NCBI GenBank assembly: GCA_004431415.1
Contig: QPMI01000093.1
Location: 124,001 to 188,000, forward strand
Direction: 5' to 3'
Origin: Cyanophora paradoxa CCMP329
Lineage: Eukaryota > Plantae > Glaucophyta
DNA length: 64,000 nucleotides
The translations under genes and the position numbers were made by a program. The first letter of the stretch is position 1; every line of letters begins with the position of its first letter. This document shows, in pieces, positions 11,541 through 24,059 of this stretch. The notes below the pieces were generated by a model, which saw nothing but the letters and a program-made list of their open reading frames with translations, did no database searches and was not told the DNA's origin.

Positions 11541-12379
11541 AATTCGAACGCCGGGCGTAAGCAAGGAGGCGGAGTCGTCAGGGGCGAGCAGCCGCTGGGA
11601 GCAGCTAAGTCCTGCGAGCGCTAGCGCAAGTCATGATCAGCCGCGGCCGGCGCCGGCACATTGGACGAGGTGCAGCGACGAATTCGAACGCGTTCCAGAT
11701 CGGTGTTAGGGCGCATCCGACGGTCAGGAGAGCTTCGGGCGCACTGATCATGAGTCGGCTGCAGGCCTTCGGGGCAGCGTCCGCGGCCCGGCGGCCGCCG
11801 GGCCGGCGCACGCGACCACGTGCACGATCCGCGCGGCTGCGGTCACCGGCCCGGGTGCCGCTGTCTAGACATCGACGCCATCGCGACTCGGCGATCCGAC
11901 TCGGCGATGATCGTGAGTCTACCGTAGTACATGCCGCCGGGCCGCTGGCGTCCGGATCGCGCCGGGCCCCGCGGGCGCCGGAGACGCCCGGAAATTTTTT
12001 AATTGCCGGCTCGAGCTAGCAAACTTTTAAGGCTTGAAAAGCCCCACCGGCCCGGCTCTATCGAGCCGGCTCCGCGATGCCATCATGGCATGCATATGAT
12101 ATATATGATATATCGATATCGATGTGCCCCTCAATTGCAACTTGGCAAGCCGGCCCGGCGGCTTGCAATTGCTCACTGAGTCACTGAGTCAAGCCGGCTC
12201 GCGGCCGCGGGCCGGCCGGGCCGCCGGCCGGACTCGGAGCGCCGGCGCGGCCGCGCCGCCGGCGCCGCGGGCGTGCCGCGTGCCACGGTGCATGCCGCAG
12301 TGCCGGGCACTGCCGGCTGGACGGTCTCGACCGGGTCGAAAATCGAACTAATTTTTAATATCGTGCGAATTAATATTGT

Positions 12380-12533
12380 AAGGTCGTGCTACGACCTCCC
12401 GGATTCCCGGGTTCGGTTCCTGCTGTTTCCGCTACGTTGTACTTCGAATCCTTGTGATTCCCGATACCGTGACTTGTATCCTCGTTGTGTACTACGAGTG
12501 GGCACGCCCACCGTAGATCTTTAAAAAAAAAAA
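12380..12533 (+). mobile_element. Short poly(A)-tailed retroposed insertion (SINE or heavily 5'-truncated LINE)
   Basis: 13-bp exact target-site duplication GAATTAATATTGT at 12367-12379 and 12534-12546; A11 tail at 12523-12533. Confidence 0.85.
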
Positions 12534-13020
12534 GAATTAATATTGTGTTTTACGGTACCCAAAATCTGCGCATGGAGTACGTCGCGAGGCCCTAGCTGAT
12601 CATATGAGGCCCGGAGGCACGAATTCGTTAAAATTATTAATATTAACAAGCCTGGCAAGGCTCGATCGATCATCGGCCGCGGACTCGGATCGCCGCGGCG
12701 CGATCGGCTCGAGCGCTAGCCGCTGAGCCTCGAGCAAGTCGGACGACCGTCGGACTGTCGGAGCAACTCAAAGCAAGCCTTGAAGGCGCCGGCCACCGTG
12801 AGTGGCACTGAGTGCCCGGCCGGCCGGGCCCGGCGGCGCCGGCCTGCCCAGGCAGGGCCAGGCTGCACTGCGGCAGCTGGCGCCGGGCAGCCTGTCACTG
12901 CCTGTGGCAGGCTCGATCCTCAGGGCCTCCAGTCGCTGAACTTTAGCTGCTCTATCATACTATCACTGCGGCACTGCAGCTGCGGCAGCTGCTCACTAGT
13001 GCGGTACGATATCGATATCG

Positions 13021-16000
13021 ATGTGGTCGGGGGGATCCGCGGGCGCCGGCGACCCTCGCTGGTCTTCCAGCTCGGGCCAGTACATCAGCCAGCCGTCGCA
13101 ATACACGGCCTTCTACACGCCCCATACGGGCCCGCAGCCCGTCGAGTACCGGGCTGGGCCCCCCGCGGCCGCGTACGGCGGATACAGCAGCCCGCCGCCT
13201 GTAGGCGCGACGGAACGCGTTAGCCAGCCGCTCCTGGTCGATGCATATGCATATGATCGTCAAGATCGGAAGCTGTCGACAACGTCGACCGCCGGCGGCC
13301 GGCGGAACTCCCGCCGGGGCAGCCTTGGTTCGGCTGACACGGATGTCGCGGAGTACGAGCACCTCAAGGAGGCGATCAACGACCGCTTCGCGAACGCCAA
13401 GCTCGACGTGCGGTGCGTGCATATGCATATTCGTGTATATATATATATATGTGCACATGTGTCCCGGTTGCGAGCTGAACCCGCGATACGCATATGTATA
13501 CGGCAGGCGCGCGGAGATCTATCTTCGCGTGCAGAAGAAGACCCTGCAAGCGATGCAGCTTTACCGGTTCGTCCGTTCAATCGTCGCCTTAGGGCCTAGA
13601 CGCCGGATGCCATGATGCTCGATGCCACCGAGGCAGCGTTAGCTAAGCGCTATCTTCAATTGCAAATGCGCAGCGAGCTGCTCCTGTACCTCTTCTTCAT
13701 CGCATTGTTCTTCACGCTCGTTCTGGTTCGTTGCGATTGAGATCGCGTGTGATGCATGCTTCGTATTCGTGCTATCTTCGAGTAGGTCTGACCGGCCGGC
13801 CCTCGCCGCCGCGCAGCGCATCGTGCCGGTCAACACCAGGTTCGAATTCGGCGCCGCATACACCCGGCCCCGGCCCGCCGCGCGAGCGCTCTGCCGCCGG
13901 CCGGGCCGGCCTTCGAATTCCCCCACCAACGGCCCCGGCCCGCGGCCGGACGCGCGCCCGCAGCTACGAGCAGTTCTCCAGCCTCACGGGCCCCAGCTGG
14001 CTGAACATCAAGGAGGTGCGCCCTGCCCTGGATTCCGCCGCTCCTAACCCGCCGCGCCTGACCCTGTACATGTACCCCCGCGCAGGTCGGCAAGGACCCG
14101 ACTGCCTTCTCGTCCACCGACAACCCGGGTACCGCAGCTTCGAGCCCTCCGCTGTCGAGGCCGCCGGCTCGAACATTATCCACGCAGACGATTTCTTCGT
14201 CTGGATCAAGGGCCGCCTGCTGAAATTCCTGGACGGGACCGACCCCGGCAATTCCATGTTCCTTTGGTACCGCAAGCAGGTAATTATATATGTATATAAT
14301 TTACTTGTGAAGCGTAAACAAAATCATATGTTCGGATTGCCATGGCCGTAACTTATATTCGCGGCAGATTGGAGCCATTCGAGTGCGCCAGATCCGCAGC
14401 GTTCCCTCCACCTGCGAGGCGTTCAACCCGACCGGCCTCACGAAGATGCCCTACAAGTAGGCCCCTCGCGATCGAGCTCGAGCCCCCGACCCCCTCTCTG
14501 AAAAAATAATTTCGTACCATTGCGCTGACCAGCTCGGGGCCAGGTGCTACGAATCGTTCCCGGACACTATCGAGGACCGCGGCATGCTCAACGGGCTGTG
14601 CGTGCTCGTTACTTTCATAAGAATTAAATAGATCGCTTTGGCGGCGCGCGCTCATGATTACTTCCGGGGGTACAGGTTCCGCTGGGAGAATGAGTTTGCG
14701 GATTTCGTCCCATCCAAAGGCTCCATGCGCGACTCGCTCTCCTGGAGCTACGGTCCGAGCATTAATTCTGGAATTCCTTCTTGAGCTGAATAACACGCAA
14801 ATGATGATTACAATTGTGATCGGAGTCTGACGCGCGTACGCCCCGGAAACCCCCAGGCAGAGGAGGGTACACAGTCGACATTCCGGCCGGCTCACTCGCG
14901 CAGACCGCTGCCGCCATCGACGCCCTCCAGGTGCCTGCGAGCGTCCATTGGCGTCGGCCGCTTTAACATAATGTTATTTAATTATTTCCCTTCTCCGTTC
15001 ATCAGGCGGCGAACTTCGTGTCGGAGGCGACGCGCGCCGTCCGAGTGTCCGTCAACCTCCAGAACCCGCACACCAGTACGTTGATTCGTTCCATCATCCG
15101 AAGACGTACCCCCGGTCTGATTATATATATCCCCCCAGACACTTTCATCACCGGCCAGTTCAGCGTCGAGTTCCCGTCTACGGTACCCCCCACCCCACCC
15201 CGCCCCCTTCCGCCCCGGGCGCCACCCCGCAACTTAAATTGCTCGAACCCGCCCCCTTCGCCTTCGACCAGGGCGCCTCGGTCCCCTCCACGACTGTCGA
15301 GACCCTGCAGCTCCGCCCGCTCAGGTGCGCGCCGCCCTAATTACTAGAAAGCATACGCGATGAGGCCCAAGCCTAGCCGTATGCCGCCACGCCGGCCTAG
15401 CCGCATGCCGCAGGCCTAGACCTTGGCCAACGTTATACGAAATTATACGCAACGAGGCCTAGAAGGCACAGGGGCTCCCGGCCCTTTCCCGACTGCGCTG
15501 AGGCCTTTGAATTCCTCCGCAGCCGCCCGAGCACTGTCGTCCTCGCCATCGTCGTCGCGATCGCCGCCGTCGGTGCGCGCGCGTCGCTACAATTTTCAGC
15601 GCTGAAATTTGACTGACGCCCGGCGCCACGGCGCCGGCCTGCAGTGTACCTCGCGTACGAGTTCAAGCAGATGTGGGACGCCGGCCTCGTGGACTACGTT
15701 TTCGGTGCGGTTTTCGATATAAGTCAAAATCGGCAAAGGTCTCAGATATCTCTCTATATATTTTAAATATAGTAGCTGATATTTTTATATCAGTTATATA
15801 TTTCGACTACGTTTACGATGCGATGTATGTTAAGATCGGCAAAGGCCTAGATCTAGGTCTCGACGAGTGAGTAATATAAGGTGAACATTTGCGGGCGCAG
15901 AGGACAAGTGGAACACGTGGGACATGGCCAACCTCTCGCTCATCATCGCCATGCTCGCCTACACGACCTACTTCCGTGCGCCCGGGCGGCCGCGGCGCCG

Positions 16001-19000
16001 CGCTGTCGCGCAACCGCCCGCTCAGCGTCTGCTCTTTGATTTAGTTTCTGCCTGATCGTGAGCCGCTTCTCTTTGAATTCCCCAGATTTCTGGTCGGACG
16101 GCATCGCAAAGCAATTCGCCAACGGGGCAGATCCGGCGGTGCCCCTCCGCCCCCGCCCCTCTACAAATTCGAATGCGCCCTCCGTTTAATTTCAGTCGTC
16201 ACCGTTGTTAGGTCTTCTACCGCCTCGACGAGGGCGTGACGACGATGCGGACGATCGTGCAGCTCACCGGCCTCGCCATCCTACTCTGCTGCATCCGCGT
16301 CTACAAGGCCCGCCCGCCCGCTAGAACTCGGCTTGATTTTTATACCGTCGAGTTGACCCGAATCCGACGCCTCCCGCAGTTCTTCGAGCTGAACCCGCGC
16401 CTCTCGGTGCTGACGAACACGGTCGGCAAGGCCGTCCCCGACCTCGCCGCCTTCCTCATCATCTTCGGTGCGAAACCCGCACCGCAATCTCGCATGCTCC
16501 ATCGCATTTAGCGTCTTATTGCCATGGCCTCGTCGCGCAGTGATTCTCTTCGCCGGCTACGCCTTCATGGCCTGGATCATCCTCGGGCACCGCATGGAGA
16601 GTGCGCCTCCTCCCCCCCTAGGCCTCCCCTATCCTCTTCTCGCGCCCGTTCGAGCGATATCGATGTTTCGTCCGCGCCGCCACTGGGCCACAGTGTTCCA
16701 CAGCTTCTACGCGTCCTTCGCGAACCTGTTCGGGAGTCTCGGAGGACTCGAGGGCCTCGCGGGGGAAATCATCGAGGCCTCCCCCGGCGTCGGCATGGTG
16801 CGCGCGCCCCGGCAGCCGGCCCCGCGGGCGGCCGCGGCTAGCCGATTCCAAGTGGCGGGATCGATTCCAAGCTATAGGATATAAGGAGACATGCGCCTAC
16901 TTGCGCGTGCATTCCAAGTCGCGGGACCCGGGGAGATAGGGAGGGGCCCGGGTCGGATCCAAGGGCAGATCGATCCTGCCGCCGCTGATCCGCCGCGTCC
17001 GCCCTCCCCCCGCAGTTCTTCTACTTCACGTTCGTCATCTCCGTCTCTTTCATCCTCGTCAACATCTTCATCGGTCCGGCGCCGCTATTTTCGTGTTCTT
17101 AAAAAATAGATTTCTATGCAATCGATTGCACATGCGGTCTTAAATTTTATAAGCTTTAATCTCGCACCTTGAATATTCGATCCCGCGTTTTTGCGCGATA
17201 CCTGACGCGCCTCCGTCCATCTTTGCACTTGCAGCCATCGTCGGCAAGTACTACACTGAGGCGGGGTGCGCGCGCCGTCAGAGGCTGAGGCGCCGACCGC
17301 TGGCGCCATATCTAGTCATTGAGTCGCTAGTCACTAGTCACTATCTAGGCCTAAGCATCGCCCGTCGGGTCTAGCCGAGCCGCGACCGGCGTCCTGACCA
17401 TATGATCGCTCGCCCCCTGTCTTCTCGCAGAGACGACGCGGTGAAGCGCGAGGAGGAATTTAACGAGCTCATCTCCGCCGAGGACCGCCTGACGCCCCTC
17501 GACAAGCTCAACCGCGCCCGCTGCGACGTGCGCCCCGCCCCCCTCACATCTGCGCCTCTTCGAAGTAATGTTCCCCCGAGCGGCTTCGGCAACTAAATTT
17601 CGGCGACTTTAGCGGCTTAAGCTTGTGCTATTTTATATGATTTTAGAATTGACTTTCTATACGACCGATTGCGATTTTAAGCGAAACTTCCCCCGAGCGG
17701 CGCGCACGTGGGCCGGCAACTAAACCCGATATCCTCCTTCCATTCAGCTCAAGCCTCTCGACAACGGCCGTCCCTTCATCGTGAAACCGGACGAAACTCT
17801 GCGCGTGCGCGCCCTGACCGCTGCGGTCCTCATGCTGGGTATTTTATTCGTCAACCTGACGGCTGCGGCCGCGGCCGCGGACCGGGCAGGTCTGGGTACA
17901 CCTTGAAATGCGCGGGCTCATCGACGAGGCGCGTCCCCCTGTTCATCCCCCTCCCCTCCCCCCCCCCCCCCCCCCCCCCCCCATCCCCTTCCCTGGCTGA
18001 GGCCGGCTGGCTCCCGTGGCGCAGTCCCGTGGGTTGGGGTCTACTATGGCCAGGCCAGGCACAAACCGGCGCCTCTCGACTTCTGGCTTGAACGTCGTTG
18101 CGAACCACGAAGCAGAGTGCGCATGAGCGCCTCGAACACCCGCGGCCGCGGCAGCGGCGGTCGGCATCCATCCATCCATCTACGCGAGCTCACTACGGGC
18201 CGGGGCGCAGAACCACTGGGAGCCGCATTACCGCGCGCTGCATGATGGACATTCTTACGGCACGCCATCCGATAATCCGCCCCCGCCGCGGCCGCCGCGG
18301 GCCGCCTTGGCCCGATCTCGAAAAATTAGCCGGTGGCAACGCGTACGGCTGATCATGATGTCGTAAACGCCGCAGCCCAATGCGGAGGTGCAGATGAGCG
18401 GAGTGAAGCTGGATTCGGGCCTTATCGCATACGTTGGTACCTTCAGGGTGGAGCAGGCGAGTCTAAATCTTTAAGCTTTAATTTGTTCTTTCGATTCTAA
18501 TGGGGCCTTGAACTTCTTTTTTAATGTTAACGAGGACACAGGTTTTCTCGGGCTTCATTGACCTGAAGATGAAAAGCAGCACGGGCCAATACAAGCAAGG
18601 CATCGAGATTGGCGACGGATGCTACTTCGAACTCACCTGGCGGTGTGCCCCAGCTGCCTTTGCGAGCGAATTCGATCCGCTAAGCTCGAATCGCTCGCGA
18701 TTCCAACTGCAGGACGTACCTGCGTTCGCTGGTAGACCTGTACCTGCTTGACCCGAAGACCGTGCAGCAGCACCGCGTCGACAAGATTTTCAAGGACTAC
18801 CAGCTGGACCAGCCCGAGGAGAGCTGTGTCGAGGAGGCCGACGTGCGTACCCCCTTTTCTCCCCCGCCCCCCCCCCCCCCCCACGCCCCCGCTGCTTGCA
18901 CCCCTCCGTTCTTGAGCGGCGTGGGCGCTCGCTCGCAGTTGGAGCGTGCTATCGTCCAGATTTCGGAGCGCAACAACGAGCTGCAGGGGTGAGGCCACTT

Positions 19001-22000
19001 GTTTTTCCTGCGCCGCGGCCGCCCCCCCGCCCGCCCCCCCGCACCAAGCTTTCGGAGCCGACACGGGCCCGGCCCCTCCAAACGCGCAGGAAGGTTCAGC
19101 TGGGCCAGGACGTCGTTCAGGTGAGCTGAGATCGGATGAGATCGGATCAGATCAGATTCTGAAGGCCGCGCGCGCGCCTCGCTGCTGGGGGGTACAGGTC
19201 GCTACGCCGAAATGGCTCAGGCGCAAGTCCTACCACCTCGATGACATGTTGGCGGTGCGGAAAGGAATTCGAACATATAATAATATTAATATAACGCCCC
19301 GGAGCCCGCTGGAGCTGTAGCTGTAGCTGCCTTCTCACTCTCGCACCGCCGCCGCCCCGCTCACAGATCATCCGCAAGCTCGAGCGCTTCGCCGAGGCCC
19401 ACAATGGCAATCTGGTGCTGCACACTTAAGCTTTATAAGCTTTCCACGCTTTTAAGATTTAAAGCTTGTAAGCTTTTAAGCGCACGCCGTCATATGCGTG
19501 CCAGCTTCCCCGTCCTAATAACTTCAGTTTCGAATCCGCACGAGGCCCCGGCCCGCATCCGCGCGCGCCCCCATGCCAGCCTCCCCGTCCGACGGTCCTT
19601 ATATATACTCGCTCGCTCCCGCAGCTGGATCGGCGCAACCACCTGAAGCCCCTCGTACACGAGGCCGTCAACATCGACGCCCTGTACCGCGCGGTCCGCG
19701 TACCCCCCCCCACCCCTTTGTCCAGATCTCTGCATTCCTCCTCCTACCCCTCCTACCGCCTGACCCTGAGCTCGCCTCAGGTCATTTCTGAGGGCAAGGC
19801 GCAAGTGAGCCGAATGCTCGACGGCATGAAGGTCAGTCCACCCGATTCTCGCCCTCCTCAACAAAACAAAGGCCTTCTAAATGAATTTCGCCGAGTCGCG
19901 TCTAGATTTAGATACATATATATCAATCTCACGCCTGATTATGAGCTTGCTTTGCGGCAGACGGCGGCCTCCGAGAGCCTTGCGAAGGCGGGGTCCTCGG
20001 GCGCGGCTGCCCGGGGCCTCCCGAGGGCCGGCTCCACCCGGATGAGCGTCTCCGCCATCGAGTCGGCAGGCTCCGCCAAGACCATCACCGCCCGCATCGT
20101 CGACCTCCGTAAGGCGCGTAATTATATAAGCGCGCCCCTCTATTCAAACCGCATCGAAATTTAATTAGTTAGCATCGAAATTAGTTGGGAAATTTACTAA
20201 GTTAGTACCTTAGAAGAAGCTTTAAAAGTATCTTACCTAAGTTAGAAGAAGCTTTAAACCGCATCCGGACTCTCGCATCGTCGACCTCCGAAAGGCGCGC
20301 GCGCGCGCCCCCCTTATATAGATATTGGAACCGCATCGGCGCCCTGCGCGCGCGTGGAGTGCGCGCGCGGGCGTCCACACCGGAACCGCCCCCGCCTCCG
20401 GGCCCTTCTAAATATGCGATCGCCGGCGATCTTCTAATAAGTCGGGCACCTAGCCCTGAGAAGATAAATTTTTAAGCCGCATCGGCACCCTGCGCGCGCG
20501 TGGAGTGCGCGCGCGGGCGTCCACACCGGAACCGCCCCCGCCTCCAGGCCCTTCTAAATATGCGATCGCCGGCGATCTTCTAATAATTCGGCACCTAGCC
20601 CTGAGAACCTAGGCCTGAGAAGATAAATTTTTAGGCCGCATCGGCGCCCTGCGCGTGAAGCGCGCATCCACACCGGACCGGCCCGCCTCCGGATCTGGGC
20701 CCCTCTGGATATGTGATCCCTGACGAGCCTTCGAATTTATATGTCCCATCGCGATCGATTCTTTAATTTGCCGCCCGCCCGCGGCCGCCTCTGTCAGCTC
20801 GCCTCGCCGCCCTAGACCGCTCCCCCCGCCCCACGTGCACCCCACCTCGTTGCTCTACGTAAGTTGTCGATACTGATTCGACGCCCCGGCCGGGCCCGTG
20901 CATGCGCATGCGCAGGCGCAGAAAATGCAGCCGCAGCAGAAGGACGGCGAGGAGACGGACATGCGCTACGAGGAGATCTACGGGCTCCTTATGGAGGCCG
21001 CCGAGGAGGTGCGTGCGGGGGCTGCATGGTGGGACCCGCGGCTGGCGGGGCCGGTCGGGCCCCTTGCTATATGCCTCTAGATCTAGACCGCGGAAGAGGT
21101 ACCGGTGTGGGAGCTGTGCATGCGGGGCCGACCCATGCCACACAAGCACCTGTATGCGCCCAGTGCCTTCTGAAGATCCGAGCGGCGCGCAGTTCGACCG
21201 CCGCTGCGAGGAGCTCTACCTGACCATCATCGCCGACGACGAGGCGCGCTTTAATTTAGCTTCATAAGCTTCGCGTAAACACGTTGACTAAATAAGCGAA
21301 TTTCGGCGCAGAACACCGCCGACCGGGACGGGGACGGCGACCCCGACATCAACTACATCCGCCGCTCCCTCCGCTTCGACCAGGTCCCCCCCTTCGCCCC
21401 TCTCTGTCACGTCGATGTTGCTGAGTGGCGGGGTACGCAGGTGGCCGACGTCATCCGCAAGCTCGCGATCGGCTCGGGCGCCTCCGAGGTCGATATCAAG
21501 AAGCAGGTACGAGCGCCCCTCCCGCCTCTTCGGCCCTTTAATTTCCTCCCGCTTGACGCGCTGTACCCCCAGACCCTGCTTTTCCTCGCTTCGTTCCCCG
21601 CCAGCTGCTTCGACACTCTCGACAAGGTATCCTCGTCCCCTCCCCTTGCTCCCCCCTGGAAGCTTTTAAACCCGTCTTGCAGGAGCGCGAGAAGCTGGAG
21701 ATCTTCATCCCGCACCCGTATGACACCAAGGCCATCATCGGCACGGAGGAGTGCGAGCCCCCCCCTCCCCCCCCTTCCCCCCCCCCCCTCCCCCCCCCCC
21801 CGCCCCTCTGATTTCTCGCGCCCTTCCGCAGCGACCCGGTGGTCCGCCTGCGCAAGGCGAAGGTCAAGATCCCCGTCGCCGCATCCGCCGTCGGCTCCTC
21901 CCCGAGCCTCTACGGGGTACGTCCCCCGGCCACGTTTCCGTCCCATGTCGCCGCGCATGCCCGCCCGACTCGGCGATCGCGAACAGAGCGGGGCCGGCGC

Positions 22001-23293
22001 GTGGGCGGTCGGCGCCGGCGTGCAGGAGCGCGAGGTGGACATGGTCGAGCTGATCGGGATCCTGAACCAGGACACCTGGGCCATGAGTGCGCTTACCCGG
22101 CCCGGCCCGTCCGGCCCAAATAGATCGCCTCGCCGCAGGCAAGGTCAAGGGCGGCTGGAAGTTCACTCCAGGAATGCGCAACGACAACAACAAGGAGCAT
22201 CCTCTCCTGAAGGTGCAGCGCCTGAGGTTCCCCGCCCCTCGTGCTGGGCTCGCTCTGACGCCGGTACCTCCTCTCTAGCCGTATTTGCAGCTCGAAAAGA
22301 AAGACCAGGATGGAAACACGAAGCAGGGTCTTGAGATCCTCCGCGCCGCCGTCTGCTGCGGGTTCGATCCTGTCCTGGACCTTTTCGGTTTCCAGCTCAG
22401 CACTCACCGCCGTCGGCCCTAGATACGTGTTCACCCCCCCCGCGCCCGGCGCCGTGCTCCCGCGCATCGTGGAGCCCGCCACCGGCTGGGAGCAGTACCG
22501 CAGCCAGCTCGCTCCGGTACCCCCCTTTTGCTCGCTGCCCCCTCTTCTCGCGCGCCCGATCCGACGGCCGGTCTCCGCCAGGGGTATATGCCGCTCCACT
22601 GCGTCGGGGCCAGCAAGATGGACGACCCCGTCGTGCGTACCCGCCTCAAAGATCTCCACGAAGCGTACCCCCTCAATCGTTCCCCCCCTCCAGATCCGGG
22701 AGCTGGTCGACCTGCTTGCCCGCAACGCGCACGACCACTGGGCCAAGGCCAAGAAGCACGCGGGGTACACCTTCGGGCACGAGAACAACGACAAGCTCCT
22801 CACGCACAAGGCGCGTCCACGTACCCCCCGCGCAGCTTACTTGTGTCATCAGTGGTCCCCGGGGGCCTCCCCCTAGCCCCAGCTCTCTGCTTGAGCCCGG
22901 CGGCGGCCTGACACCGGCGCCCTGGGGCTCTGCAGGATTTGATCCCGTACGAGTGCCTGAGCTCCGAGCAGAAGAAGAGCAACCTGGAGGCCGCCGAGAG
23001 TGAGCCGCGGCCGACCCGTTGACGCTATAGACAGATTCAGAGCTCGAGCCGGTCGGCCGCGGGCCGGCCGCGGGGCCCTGATCATGACTGCGCGCCCCCG
23101 CGCGCGCCGCGCAGCGACGCTGCGCCTGATCCTGGCGTGCGGGTGGGAGATCAAGCCGTCGCAGTCGAACATGGCCACCGGCTTCTTCCAGAAGTCCTGG
23201 AAGCAGGTGCACTCGGCCCGTCTTGTGCCTCTTATATATATGCGTACTGAGCCCGGGCGGTGCGCGCAGATTAAAGGACTCATCCCGAATTAG
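13021..23293 (+). CDS. Polycystin-2/TRPP-like cation channel with two C-terminal RyR repeats (PKDRR-like); about 45 exons
   Basis: S1 ELLLYLFFIALFFTLVL. Polycystin-domain motifs IGAIRVRQIR, GRGGYTVDI and FVSEATRAVRVSVNLQNPHT..FITGQFSVEFPSTG. S3 KWNTWD. S4-S5 IRVYKFFELNPRLSVLTNTVGKAVPDLAAF. Pore/S6 FHSFYASFANLFGSLGG...FFYFTFVISVSFILVNIFIAIV. RyR repeats ELIGILNQDTWAMSKVKGGWKF...KEHPLLKPYLQL and DLLARNAHDHWAKAKKHAGYTFG..NDKLLTHKDLIPYECLSSEQKKSN...TLRLILACGWEI. Confidence 0.88.
20330..20760. repeat. Intronic tandem repeat, ~147-160 bp unit; two close copies and one diverged copy
   Basis: CCGCATCGGC[G/A]CCCTGCGCG...CCACACCGGA at ~20331, ~20477 and ~20636, inside the long intron starting at 20114. 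Confidence 0.85.
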
Positions 23294-23548
23294 AGAGTAG
23301 CGGGTAATTTGCGGCGCTGGGCCTACGCCTGCTCCGTCTTGCACCTTCACGCCGTGATGCTTGCGTTTGCAATGCGCTCGCGCAGATTTTCGACGTACGC
23401 GTCGTCCCTGTCAATTTTGAAGCGGAGTTGAAGCGGCCGTCCCCCGACAGTCTTCAAATCACTGAATAGTCTTTTCAAAATGTCAAACTGATTTGTCTTA
23501 TATTATTGGTAGATGTCTCTGCGCCCCCTGGGCCCCGCCCCCTGCTGG

Positions 23549-23625
23549 CCCCTGGGCAGCCCCCGCAGTACTAGCTATAGTGCGCATGCTGGTGTCTAGA
23601 GACTGTTGCCGGCGCCGGTAATTCA
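23549..23625 (+). repeat. Dispersed repeat fragment; inverted homologue at 42574-42628
   Basis: CCCCTGGGCAGCCCCCGCAGT...GCTGGTGTCTAGAG.CTGT.GCCGG..TAATTCA matches the reverse complement of 42574-42628, with two short insertions. Confidence 0.75.
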
Positions 23626-24059
23626 ACTGAAACAATGAAATTAGTGCGGTCTCAAATTAGTCCGCGCGCCAATTAGTGATTTAGTAATTTAGTAATTTAG
23701 TGAGCTGGAGCGCTGCGGCACTCCATCCCGGCCAGGCTCCAGGGGGGGGGGGGGGGGGGGGGGGGGGGGGGCTAGGGGGGAGGGGAGCTAGGGGGGGGGA
23801 GGGGGAGGGGATCGGGAGGCCTAGCTATAGGCCTAGGGGGGTGGGGGGGTGTCAACGTCTGATCATGACGCGGACTTGCAAAATTTTATTGCGGACTGGA
23901 CCGGGGCCCGCGCGCACACCGACCGACTGGGGCGCCGGCCCGCCGGCCGGGGGGGCCGGGGGGGTCGGTAGACTTCAATTATCAACGGTTATGTAGCCTA
24001 AAGCTAGGACTAGGCCCTCATGTAGTAACTACGTAACTACGTATACCGTACCCCGGTAG

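Noticed and set aside
9974-11709. Many long overlapping Arg/Pro/Ala/Gly ORFs; possible CRISPR-like array
   Set aside because: Stop-poor GC satellite. The linkers are mutually related rather than unique spacers, and the context is eukaryotic.
23386-23469. Alternative last exon for the channel (IFDVRVVPVNFEAELK...)
   Set aside because: A nearer acceptor at 23270 gives IKGLIPN*. The downstream segment may be 3' UTR and cannot be resolved without transcripts.
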